Shown: piece by piece, positions 19,643 to 28,310 of the stretch
Numbering within the stretch: position 1 is the first letter of the stretch
How the letters are laid out: each line of letters starts with the position of its first letter
Source of the DNA: an uncultured Aliarcobacter sp.
Lineage (GTDB): Bacteria > Campylobacterota > Campylobacteria > Campylobacterales > Arcobacteraceae
Reading direction: 5' to 3'
Length of the DNA: 64,000 nt
Assembly: GCA_963677435.1 (NCBI GenBank)
Contig: OY781945.1
Span: 1-64,000, forward strand
Notes under the pieces: generated by a model
What the model was told of the DNA's origin: nothing
What the model saw: only the letters and a program-made list of their open reading frames with translations
The model's database searches: none
Made by a program: the position numbers and the translations under genes

Positions 19643-22009
19643 ATGAAAAATTTATTTATTATTTTTTTATTGTGTTCTTTTATTTGGGCAAAAGAAACAA
19701 CTTTTAAAGTTTCATATGATCCAAACTATGCTCCGTTTTCTTATAAACAAGAAGATAAAGAAGCAGGACTTTTCATTGATATTTGGAAATTATGGGCAAA
19801 ATACAATAATTATAATATAGAATTTGTAGAGGGCAAAACATGGGAAGATGCTATTAATTTAGCAAAAGAAGAAAAAGTTGACTTTTTTTTAGGAACAAAT
19901 TCTTTTGAAAGTTGGATGATAGCTTCTAATTTTTTTTATGAAACAAAAACTACATTTTTTTCTCTTACTGAAAGTAATATAATCTTAGAGATGAAGAATC
20001 ATCTAAATGTCGGTTTAATTGGCTCTGATTATAGAGAAATTATCTTAAAAAAATTTCCTGATTCAACTATTACTATTTATAAAGACTATAAAGAATCTAT
20101 TGATGCATTAAGAGCTAAACAAATCGATTTAATTTATGATGATAAGTTGGCAATTCAATATTTTTCTGTTCAACACAATTTATTTTATTTATTAAAACCA
20201 CTAGATAATTTAATAAAAAAATTCAAAATTCATGCAATTACAACCACAAATGAAAAAGCAAAGATTTTTAATGAAGGCTTTATAAAAATCCCAACAAATG
20301 AATTATTAAATCTTGAAAGAAAATGGATTTTAAATGAAAATGAACAATATTATAAAAATTTTAAACAGCAAATAACTTTAACAGATGATGAATTGAATTT
20401 TATTAAAAATACAAAAATAAAAGTTTCAATTTCAGATTCATGGGAACCTTTCTCGTTTAAATCGGCTATTGACGAACCATTAGGAATTTCATCAGAGTAT
20501 TGGGACTTAATTTCTAAAAAACTTAATTTAAAAACACAAAATGAATTTTTCAAAACCTTTACACAGGAATTAACTAGTATTCAAAATAAAACTTCTGATT
20601 TAATTTATAGTGTAGGAGAAACTCCCCAAAGAAAAGAATATGCAATATTTACAAAGGAATATGCAAACTTTCCTATATCAATAGTTACTAATAAAGATGA
20701 AAACTTCATTGAGAACATATCTTTAATAAAAGACAAAAAGTTAGCAATAGGAAATAATTTTACTGCCTATAATATTCTAAAAAATAAATATCCAGATATG
20801 AACTTTATTCTTGTTAATAGTGTAAAAGAAGGTTTAAGTTTAGTCTCAAAATCAAAGGCTTATGCATATATTGATATTCAACCTGTTCTTTTTTATAACA
20901 TCTCAAAATACAATTTTACGAATTTGAAAGTAAGTGGAAATACTGGATTAAATTTTAGTCTAAAATTTATGATAAGAGATGATTATCCTATTCTACAATC
21001 TATTTTAAATAAAGCTATTTCTTCAGTTTCAATCAATGAATTAAACTCAATTATTACAAAATGGGATAATGTGCAATTTCAAACTGATTTTAATTATGAA
21101 TTATTTTGGCAAATATTATTTGTAATTTTTATAGTTTTTTTAGCTTTCTTACATAGAAATTATACATTAAAAAATTTAAATCAATCTCTTACTTTAAGAA
21201 TAGAAGAGAAAACTAAAAAATTAAATGATATGAATAAAAATCTAGAAAATTTAGTTGAAAAAAAATCAAAAGAATTAATTCAAAAAGAAAAAATTCTAAA
21301 TCATCAATCAAAAATGGCTGCAATGGGGGAAATGATTGAGAATATTGCACATCAATGGAGACAGCCTTTATCTGTAATTTCAACAGCAGCAACTGGAGCA
21401 AAACTAAAAAAAGATTTTGATACTTTAAGTGATAATGATTTTTATGAAACTATGAATATTATAAATAATTCAGCGCAACATCTATCTGATACAATTGATG
21501 ATTTTAGGAACTTTTTTACTAATGAAAAAGAAGTTTCAACATTTGATGCAAATATTCCAATTGATAAAGTGTTATATTTAATTAGCTCAAAATTAAAAAA
21601 TAGAAATATAACCATTATAAAAAATACTGAAGTAATTTCCATATTAGGACTTGTTAATGAATTTATCCAAGTTTTAATAAATATTATCAATAATGCTGTA
21701 GATGCTTTTGAAGATAATAGTTGCAAAGAAAAAATGATTTTTATTAATCTTTATAAAGAAAATAATAAATTAATTTTAAAAATTAAAGATAATGCAGGTG
21801 GAATAAAAGAAGATATTTTAGATAGAGTTTTTGAACCTTATTTCACAACTAAACATAAAAGTCAAGGCACAGGAATTGGACTTTATATGTCAACTGAAAT
21901 TATAAAAAAACACATGAATGGAAATTTAAGTGTTTCAAATCAAGAGTACACTTATAATAATATAAAATACATAGGAGCAGAGTTCAAAATAGAGATTCCT
22001 ATTAATTAA
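19643..22009 (+). CDS. Sensor histidine kinase with two periplasmic solute-binding (PBPb) domains
   Basis: Signal peptide, two YAPFSY/WEPFSF PBP-type domains, TM helix, H-box IAHQWRQPL, N box NNAVDA, G boxes DNAGG and GTGIGL. Confidence 0.92.
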   Translation: MKNLFIIFLLCSFIWAKETTFKVSYDPNYAPFSYKQEDKEAGLFIDIWKLWAKYNNYNIEFVEGKTWEDAINLAKEEKVDFFLGTNSFESWMIASNFFYETKTTFFSLTESNIILEMKNHLNVGLIGSDYREIILKKFPDSTITIYKDYKESIDALRAKQIDLIYDDKLAIQYFSVQHNLFYLLKPLDNLIKKFKIHAITTTNEKAKIFNEGFIKIPTNELLNLERKWILNENEQYYKNFKQQITLTDDELNFIKNTKIKVSISDSWEPFSFKSAIDEPLGISSEYWDLISKKLNLKTQNEFFKTFTQELTSIQNKTSDLIYSVGETPQRKEYAIFTKEYANFPISIVTNKDENFIENISLIKDKKLAIGNNFTAYNILKNKYPDMNFILVNSVKEGLSLVSKSKAYAYIDIQPVLFYNISKYNFTNLKVSGNTGLNFSLKFMIRDDYPILQSILNKAISSVSINELNSIITKWDNVQFQTDFNYELFWQILFVIFIVFLAFLHRNYTLKNLNQSLTLRIEEKTKKLNDMNKNLENLVEKKSKELIQKEKILNHQSKMAAMGEMIENIAHQWRQPLSVISTAATGAKLKKDFDTLSDNDFYETMNIINNSAQHLSDTIDDFRNFFTNEKEVSTFDANIPIDKVLYLISSKLKNRNITIIKNTEVISILGLVNEFIQVLINIINNAVDAFEDNSCKEKMIFINLYKENNKLILKIKDNAGGIKEDILDRVFEPYFTTKHKSQGTGIGLYMSTEIIKKHMNGNLSVSNQEYTYNNIKYIGAEFKIEIPIN

Positions 22010-22010
22010 A

Positions 22011-22034
22011 GGGAGTGTTAGAAATTTTGTGTCA
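22011..22034 (+). repeat. IS256-type left terminal inverted repeat
   Basis: GG-initiated end with TTTTGTGTCA core, 32 bp upstream of the transposase ATG. Confidence 0.75.
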
Positions 22035-22066
22035 GTCTGATAGAATTTATTCTAAAGGATTGAACA

Positions 22067-22550
22067 ATGAATCAAACACTTGATTTAACAGATGAACTTG
22101 AACAAATTAAAGCTGGTGCAAAAATAGATGGTAAGGACGGAGTTTTAGCTCCTCTTATCAAACACATATGTCCGACCATATAGAGCAAAAGATTTTATCT
22201 TTATATACTCTTGGTAATAGCTACTCTCAAATATCTGAACATATTCAAGAGTTATATGGTATTGAGTTTTCTAAAGCAACAATAAGTACTGTTACAGACA
22301 AAGTTATACCATTACTCAAAGAATGGCAACAAAGACCGCTAGAATCAATCTATCCATTTGTATGGCTTGATGCAATACATTATAAAATAAAAGGTGCTTT
22401 TCCAAATGAAAATTCACTTTTAAAATTGCTTTATATGGGTATTCAAAATGCTTCTAAAAATGGACTATACCTGTAAGGAATTGGTCGCTAACTATTTCGC
22501 AGTTGGCGATATTGTTTGAAGATAGACTAGATGAATCTTTAAATTTATGA
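22067..22550 (+). pseudogene. IS256 (Mutator) family transposase, internally deleted and frameshifted
   Basis: N-terminus MNQTLDL...GKDGVLAPLIK jumps to ...EWQQRPLESIYPFVWLDAIHYKIK, which is fused directly to the C-terminal GAFPNENSLLKLLY, then frameshifts into WTIPVRNW...QLAILFEDRL. Most of the DDE core is missing. Confidence 0.9.
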
Positions 22551-22621
22551 CTTAAAAAGTGATTATTGTTGTTCAAAAAGTCTTAGGGATTTGAGAGAAT
22601 CTCGGAATTCTACTTCTTGAA

Positions 22622-22701
22622 CACTTTTTGGAACAAATTATATCTCTACATAAAGGTTATAAAGCCAATATATGAGACTTTCTAATTTTGTTCCAAAAGT
22701 G
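22622..22701. repeat. Imperfect 19-bp inverted repeat; the left arm is also one copy of a 17-bp direct repeat
   Basis: CACTTTTTGGAACAAATTA (22622-22640) versus TAATTTTGTTCCAAAAGTG (22683-22701). ACTTTTTGGAACAAATT (22623-22639) recurs at 31346-31362 with one mismatch. Confidence 0.7.
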
Positions 22702-22714
22702 AGAGATTTAGGAA

Positions 22715-22738
22715 AAGATTATTCAAAATTTTGTGTCC
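22715..22738 (+). repeat. Second, internal IS256-end-like sequence in the same orientation as the left end
   Basis: AAGATTATTCAAAATTTTGTGTCC matches the reverse complement of the right end at 17/24. Confidence 0.45.
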
Positions 22739-22801
22739 TATATAGTGGAGTCAGGTCAATATTTAGATTTTTTATTTAATAAAGAAATAATATAAAATCT
22801 A

Positions 22802-24922
22802 TTAAAAAGCTATAATAGTTCCTTTACTATAAATTAAACAAACAGTAGGAACTCCATCTCTTCCTATTATCATTTTTTTCTTTGTATTATAGTCTGTAGG
22901 TGATGGGCCACTACCATTAGGATGAGAATGCCAAGTTCCAAGCATTGTAATTCTATGTCCAGACAATTTATTTGTATTTTCTATTTTCTTCTTCAATTCA
23001 GGCGGTGTACCATTTACATATCGATATGTTTCATATATACTACCTTTAATATCACATATAACATCTACAACAACAAAAGTTTTTAATGCCATGGAAATAT
23101 GCCCAATTAGAACTCCACCAGATTCTTTTGGCTCTCTTGCTTTACTACTGTGTGTCATTTTTTCTCTTACATGTTCAAATAACCGAACCTCCCATTTTTC
23201 TCCATATTGATCTACATAATCAATAATTTCGATGTTAGATAATAAATGCTTTTTCCAATCAATATTATAATTACTATTACTAATACCAATATATAGTTCG
23301 CCACTTTCCTCTAAAGTATTAGTAATCTTATCTTGAATAATATTTGATATTGATGCTGCATGTAATGAAATAGTTGCATCAGTACATATTGTTGTAAAGG
23401 AACCACATCCTTGACCAATTGCTTGATATTTTGGATTACTTTGATTAAGTAGTTTTCCAAAATCTTCACTAATAGCACTTAAATAAAATAGAAATGCATA
23501 TAAATCAATTAATTTGACTTTTCTTTCTTCTCCTTCTATCATAATAACTCCAATTGAGGCATCATTAAAAAGTGAAGTTTTTATTACTCTAGCTTTAAAT
23601 ATTTTTTGATTTAATATGTTAAAAACTTTACTACTTGCAGTTGAGTCTATTATTATTTCATTATCTGCTAGTTGATCTAACCAATCTATCTCTGAGACGT
23701 CTTTTGGATAAGAGATTACTTTATTTAAACCTATTTCTCTAAGAGATAATTCAATCATTTGAGTTTTTTCAGCTAATAACTCTTTTGTAAATAAAGTATG
23801 TCTTGCATTGTTATGGGGTGATAATAATTTATTATCTACTAGTTTAATATTATCATTTCCGTTTCTAGCTAAATGTGTAATTATCTTGGAACCTAGTGAG
23901 CCACAACCTATTTGAGTAATTCCTCGAATATCTGAATGATGAGTTGTTGTAAATTCTACTCCTGAGAATTGTCTTAACATATTTATATCTGCTGAATAAT
24001 GGTTTTTTAATATTTGCACTGAAGTATCTTGCTCTAAAAAAGGTGTTTTAGATAAATTTATTTGAGGTTCTACTAAAAATGTTAATATTTCAAAATTATC
24101 ATTTTGGCCAATTATTTTTTTAGGTCTTTGAATTAAAAGTGAGATAAAGAATCTTTTTATATTTTTTTCTATTATTTCAGGAAGATATTCTTTTACACGT
24201 TCATTTATACTATTAACTTTATTACTTTTTGCAAACTGCAATAAATTACTATAATCATTAACATTTAAAGGGATGTATAAACTAGATGTATTTGAAGATT
24301 TAAAAGCTAATAATATACTTTTATGATTATAGTTACCTACAATATCACCAACTTTACCAACTATATAATCATCCGTATCATTTAATTTATATGCTGCTTC
24401 AGTATAAAAACCATCAACTTTAGTTGACTCATCAATAAATTCTTTTCTTGACAAAATAAATGTACCTGCTTCTACATCGTCAACACGAATAGGTTCCCAT
24501 CCTGAATTTAAATCCATCATGTTGTCAGCTGCTGAACTTTGAAGCCAATCTACAATTTGATCTACAATACCAGTAATCCAAGATGGTTGTAATAATAATT
24601 CATCTAATGAACCTTCGTAAATGCAAGGATTAACTTTTTCTGTCATACTTGGATTAATATGAGGAAATTTTTTATTGAAATCTTCTCTTAAAAATACTTT
24701 AGGAGCAGATAAAGGGAAAGTTTCTTTAAATTCAAAGATCACTTCTTCTTCCGATTTTACCCCTTTATCTGTAACACCTATCCTTCTAAATTTTGAAGGC
24801 AAAGAAACTTCAATAGTTGCTTTTATTTCTTTTTTATTTGTTCCATCAATAAAACTAGCATTCTTTACATCTTTATGCTCTTTAATATAATGCAAAGCAT
24901 AATTAATTAAACTCTCATCCAT
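22802..24922 (-). CDS. Prokaryotic E2-E1(ThiF)-JAB tri-domain ubiquitin-like conjugation/deconjugation protein (Cap2+Cap3-like; CblB-like)
   Basis: E2: FPLSAPKVFLREDF..FPHINP...PCIYEG (candidate catalytic Cys). E1: QIGCGSLGS, LVDNKLLSPHNNARH, IIDSTAS, GQGCGS. JAB: ESGGVLIG, GTWHSHPNGSGPSPTD. Likely start ATG 24922 overlaps the upstream stop (ATGGATGA); the track start at 24970 is unlikely. Confidence 0.9.
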   Translation of the reverse strand: MDESLINYALHYIKEHKDVKNASFIDGTNKKEIKATIEVSLPSKFRRIGVTDKGVKSEEEVIFEFKETFPLSAPKVFLREDFNKKFPHINPSMTEKVNPCIYEGSLDELLLQPSWITGIVDQIVDWLQSSAADNMMDLNSGWEPIRVDDVEAGTFILSRKEFIDESTKVDGFYTEAAYKLNDTDDYIVGKVGDIVGNYNHKSILLAFKSSNTSSLYIPLNVNDYSNLLQFAKSNKVNSINERVKEYLPEIIEKNIKRFFISLLIQRPKKIIGQNDNFEILTFLVEPQINLSKTPFLEQDTSVQILKNHYSADINMLRQFSGVEFTTTHHSDIRGITQIGCGSLGSKIITHLARNGNDNIKLVDNKLLSPHNNARHTLFTKELLAEKTQMIELSLREIGLNKVISYPKDVSEIDWLDQLADNEIIIDSTASSKVFNILNQKIFKARVIKTSLFNDASIGVIMIEGEERKVKLIDLYAFLFYLSAISEDFGKLLNQSNPKYQAIGQGCGSFTTICTDATISLHAASISNIIQDKITNTLEESGELYIGISNSNYNIDWKKHLLSNIEIIDYVDQYGEKWEVRLFEHVREKMTHSSKAREPKESGGVLIGHISMALKTFVVVDVICDIKGSIYETYRYVNGTPPELKKKIENTNKLSGHRITMLGTWHSHPNGSGPSPTDYNTKKKMIIGRDGVPTVCLIYSKGTIIAF

Positions 24923-26081
24923 GTTCATGAGCTTGAGTAGCAGTATTTGCACCAGCAGTTGAAGTTGCAACCCCTGAAATAGATTTTAATAATTGTGTAC
25001 CATTTTTTGTAAAACTTATTTCTATAGGAACTTTATTCCCACCTTGTTTATATTCTTCTGTACATAAAAAATTTTCTTCGTCATCAATAATAGTTAAATA
25101 TTCTTGTTTAGCATCATAGTGTGGTGGATTATTCTCATCATCAAGAATCTCTTTTGAACTAGATATCATAATTGCTGTAGATTTATCTCTTGCATATGAT
25201 AATGCATTTTTAGCTTCATTTGAAATGACATATTTTCCATCATCATCTTTACTTCCAAGACATGACATTGAACAGTGGTGTGGAAGTTGTAATATATCAT
25301 ACTCTAGGTATTCGTCATCATAAATTTCATTATTGAACTCCCAAACCTTATATTCTGCATCACCTGTTATTAAAACTTTATGCAGTGTTCCAGCTCTTGT
25401 AATTCTAAATTGTAAGATAACACTCCATCTATTTCTAGCATTAAATTGTTCATCATCTTCTTTACCTTCTTGTTTTTCTAATGGTCCTAAAGGAATCATT
25501 TCAAAATCACTAATTCTAGTATTATTAATAATATTAATTTTATCTTTCAATTCATTTACAATACCCATTATATCTTTTGTATTGTCATGATCAGAACCAA
25601 TTATTTGAGCTCTATCTCCTTCTTCTTGAATAGCATTTGACTTCTCATATAATTTTACTCTTCTTTTCATCTCTTTATTGAAAGCTTTTGTATCATCAGT
25701 TAACTTATCATCATCACTACTTCTTTTCCAAAATCTACAAGAACTCCACATCTCATTAATAATGATTTTTCCTGATTCTTTGTCTTTGTCACTATATTTG
25801 TCTAGTTCATCTAAATGAAAATGTTCTTTTAAACCACTAATATGGTCTTTATCTCCATGAGTTAATATAAACGCATCCAGTCTATATCTACCTTGAGGAT
25901 CCTTTCTTAAATTTTTTTTCAAATCTTCTATAACATCATAGGCATCTTCATCTTTATCATCTGTTGAACATTGCCTTACATGAATATCTATTAAAATTGT
26001 AGTCTCTCTTAAATCAGCCAATTTAATTAAAGTCATATCACCATTACCTACAGGATAAAAAACAGCTTTTGGATCACTCAT
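24915..26081 (-). CDS. ComEC-like metallo-beta-lactamase-fold hydrolase with flexible C-terminal tail ending in Gly (CblA-like)
   Basis: FYPVGNGD, ILIDI, LTHGDKDHISG (THxDxDH), LITGDAE, LQLPHHCS motifs; tail ATSTAGANTATQAHEHG. Confidence 0.88.
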   Translation of the reverse strand: MSDPKAVFYPVGNGDMTLIKLADLRETTILIDIHVRQCSTDDKDEDAYDVIEDLKKNLRKDPQGRYRLDAFILTHGDKDHISGLKEHFHLDELDKYSDKDKESGKIIINEMWSSCRFWKRSSDDDKLTDDTKAFNKEMKRRVKLYEKSNAIQEEGDRAQIIGSDHDNTKDIMGIVNELKDKINIINNTRISDFEMIPLGPLEKQEGKEDDEQFNARNRWSVILQFRITRAGTLHKVLITGDAEYKVWEFNNEIYDDEYLEYDILQLPHHCSMSCLGSKDDDGKYVISNEAKNALSYARDKSTAIMISSSKEILDDENNPPHYDAKQEYLTIIDDEENFLCTEEYKQGGNKVPIEISFTKNGTQLLKSISGVATSTAGANTATQAHEHG

Positions 26082-26670
26082 AGTTACTTTCCTTTTCTAT
26101 ATAACTTTTTAATAATTGTTCTATATATCTTTGGCTAGATATATACACCATCAAAATACAAAATACAAAAATAAAGAAATTTAATATAATTAAATAATTG
26201 AAATAAATTAAATTTATTATTAAAAATATGAAGATTAAAAACAATGAGTTTCTACAAAATCCATAGAAAATATTTTTTGATAATAGTTTCTTATCATTTC
26301 TAGTTTTTTTTAATAAATCACTTATCAATTCACTATCTGAATTAAATAGAGTAAGTAATTTTTTATATATATCATTATTTGAGTTATTTAAATAATTTAT
26401 TATTGAATTACCGTATTTTTTCCAATAACTTTCTTGAATAAATCCACTAATACTTGTAGCAATAATTTTTGGTATAACAGCAATAATTAATGATGTAGAT
26501 ATAACTAAAGGTAATTTTAGAAAATCAAAAAAACCTAATTCTAATATAATGTATTGCGATTTTAATAAACATAAAATAATAGTAATTGTAAATATTAAGG
26601 CAGGTAAATATCTTGCGGTAAATTCATAGTTAAACTTAACAAGATTTATAATTTTTAAATAAATATTCAA
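26074..26670 (-). CDS. Uncharacterised ~4-TM membrane protein, first gene of the MBL/E2-E1-JAB operon
   Basis: TTG start with GGAG RBS; four hydrophobic segments; stop overlaps the MBL start (ATGAGTGA). Confidence 0.75.
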   Translation of the reverse strand: MNIYLKIINLVKFNYEFTARYLPALIFTITIILCLLKSQYIILELGFFDFLKLPLVISTSLIIAVIPKIIATSISGFIQESYWKKYGNSIINYLNNSNNDIYKKLLTLFNSDSELISDLLKKTRNDKKLLSKNIFYGFCRNSLFLIFIFLIINLIYFNYLIILNFFIFVFCILMVYISSQRYIEQLLKSYIEKESNYE

Positions 26671-26870
26671 AATTTAACTCCAATTAATTGTTGTAAATTG
26701 TATTCAAAGTTATCTTAAAATATCTACTTTAATTATTATAATACAATCTATTATTTTTCTACACACTATAATAGCCCAAGTATTAAAGACAACTTTTTCT
26801 AAAATCTTATTCTCTTATAAGTAAGCCGTTCTTTTAAGAAAATATATTACCGCAATATATGATGAATGGG

Positions 26871-26949
26871 CTACATTAAGCAGGAAATAAAAATGATAGA
26901 CAAATTGTTATAAATATGAGTTTAATATGCGAAAGTTCAACAACCTGTA
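26871..26949. repeat. ~80-bp direct repeat, copy 1
   Basis: CTACATTAAGCAGGA...ACAAATTGTTA.AAATATGAGTTTAATAT.CGAAAGTTC...AACCTGTA, roughly 90% identical to 31267-31346 by eye. Confidence 0.9.
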
Positions 26950-26951
26950 AT

Positions 26952-27269
26952 TTAAAGATAATCTTCCCTAATAGGAGTAAATACATCAACAACTTCTCCA
27001 GCTTCAAGTATTTGTAAACTATGTTCTACATTTGCAGGAATCGAATATGAATCACCACTTTCTAAAATTTCATCAAAATCTTGAAACTTCAATATATATT
27101 TTCCAGAAACCACATAACCATTTTGTTCATTTGGGTGTGAGTGAGTTGGTACATTATCAGTTATTTTATAAAGCATTTTTGTAACCATTGATTTTTCACC
27201 AATAGCTAAAACTACAAAATCCACTCCTAAAAACTGTTTATTTGTTGCATTTTCTTTTTTTATTATCAT
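26952..27269 (-). CDS. Cupin domain protein
   Basis: PTHSHPNEQNGYVVSG and GDSYSIPANVEHS cupin motifs. Confidence 0.9.
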   Translation of the reverse strand: MIIKKENATNKQFLGVDFVVLAIGEKSMVTKMLYKITDNVPTHSHPNEQNGYVVSGKYILKFQDFDEILESGDSYSIPANVEHSLQILEAGEVVDVFTPIREDYL

Positions 27270-27294
27270 CTTTGTCCTTTATCAAATTTTCAAA

Positions 27295-27389
27295 AGTATA
27301 GAGTTTTTTTGAGTTTTTTGCATAGTATATTATTGCTTAATACTTTAAGCAATAATATACTATACAAATATTTTTCAAAGTAGTATACT
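27295..27389. promoter_or_regulatory. Divergent promoter pair with a perfect 19-bp palindromic operator (27322-27363)
   Basis: ATAGTATATTATTGCTTAA-tact-TTAAGCAATAATATACTAT. TATACT -10 boxes at 27384-27389 (+) and 27295-27300 (-), 20-21 nt from each half-site. Confidence 0.75.
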
Positions 27390-27417
27390 CTCTAATTTTA
27401 AAATTATAGGGATTATT

Positions 27418-28299
27418 ATGTCAAAAAATTTACCATATATTTTATTTTGGACTTTAGGTATTGTGTGGGGGTCAAACTTTATTTACATGAAATTAGCCAG
27501 TGAATACTTATCTGAAATTCAAATAGTTACAATCAGAGTTTTATTTGCCTTCATACCAGTTTTTTTATATGCAAAATATTTAAAAGTTTTAAAGATGGAG
27601 CACATGAAGTACAGCTTCCATTTTTTTGTGATGTCTTTACTTGCCACTACTATATACTACTACTTTTTTGTCAAGGCTTCTTCTCTTTTACTATCAGGCA
27701 TTGCTGGTGCACTTAGCGGCACTATCCCCCTTTTTACTTTCATATTAGCTGTGATATTTATCAATGAAGAAAAAATCAACTTATCAAGAGTACTTGGAAT
27801 ACTGATAGGGTTATCAGGAGTGATATTGATTTCAAAGCCTTATAATGTAAATTTGCTAGAAGCCAACATTGAAGGAGTTGTTTCAGTTATGGCAGGCTCA
27901 TTGATTCTGGGGATATCATTTGTTTATGCAAAGAGATTTATTTCTCCACTAAAAATACACTTTGCAGCACTTACAACATATCAATTAGGTTTTGCACTTT
28001 TTGTATTGATTTTTATAACTGACTATCAGGGGATTGAAAAAATTTTCTCAAATACACATGTATTATTTGGATTAGTTATTGGGCTTGGATTATTGGGTAC
28101 AGGCTTGGCTTATGTAATATACTACTATTTGATAGAAAAGTTAGGAGCAGTCGGCGCTTCATCAGTCACTTATATCCCACCTGTTGTAGCACTGTTGATA
28201 GGATATTTTTTAGTAGAAGAAGATATAACTTTTGTGGATCTGATTGCAACTGTTTTGATTTTTTGTGGAGTATTTTTGATTAATAGCAGAAAAAAATAA
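27418..28299 (+). CDS. DMT/EamA family transporter
   Basis: WGSNF start motif, about 10 TM helices, GTGLAY, YIPPVVALLIG. Confidence 0.92.
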   Translation: MSKNLPYILFWTLGIVWGSNFIYMKLASEYLSEIQIVTIRVLFAFIPVFLYAKYLKVLKMEHMKYSFHFFVMSLLATTIYYYFFVKASSLLLSGIAGALSGTIPLFTFILAVIFINEEKINLSRVLGILIGLSGVILISKPYNVNLLEANIEGVVSVMAGSLILGISFVYAKRFISPLKIHFAALTTYQLGFALFVLIFITDYQGIEKIFSNTHVLFGLVIGLGLLGTGLAYVIYYYLIEKLGAVGASSVTYIPPVVALLIGYFLVEEDITFVDLIATVLIFCGVFLINSRKK

Positions 28300-28310
28300 T
28301 CTTTTTTTAT

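Noticed and set aside
22168..22476. Functional 102-aa protein as given in the ORF track
   Set aside because: It is a fused fragment of the deleted IS256 transposase.
24915..26081. Antibiotic-resistance beta-lactamase or competence ComEC
   Set aside because: No signal peptide or competence membrane domain; the operon context points to conjugation and defence.
22802..26670. CBASS, Pycsar or Bil system call
   Set aside because: No CD-NTase, pyrimidine cyclase or ubiquitin-like gene is recognisable; the partner is an MBL hydrolase.
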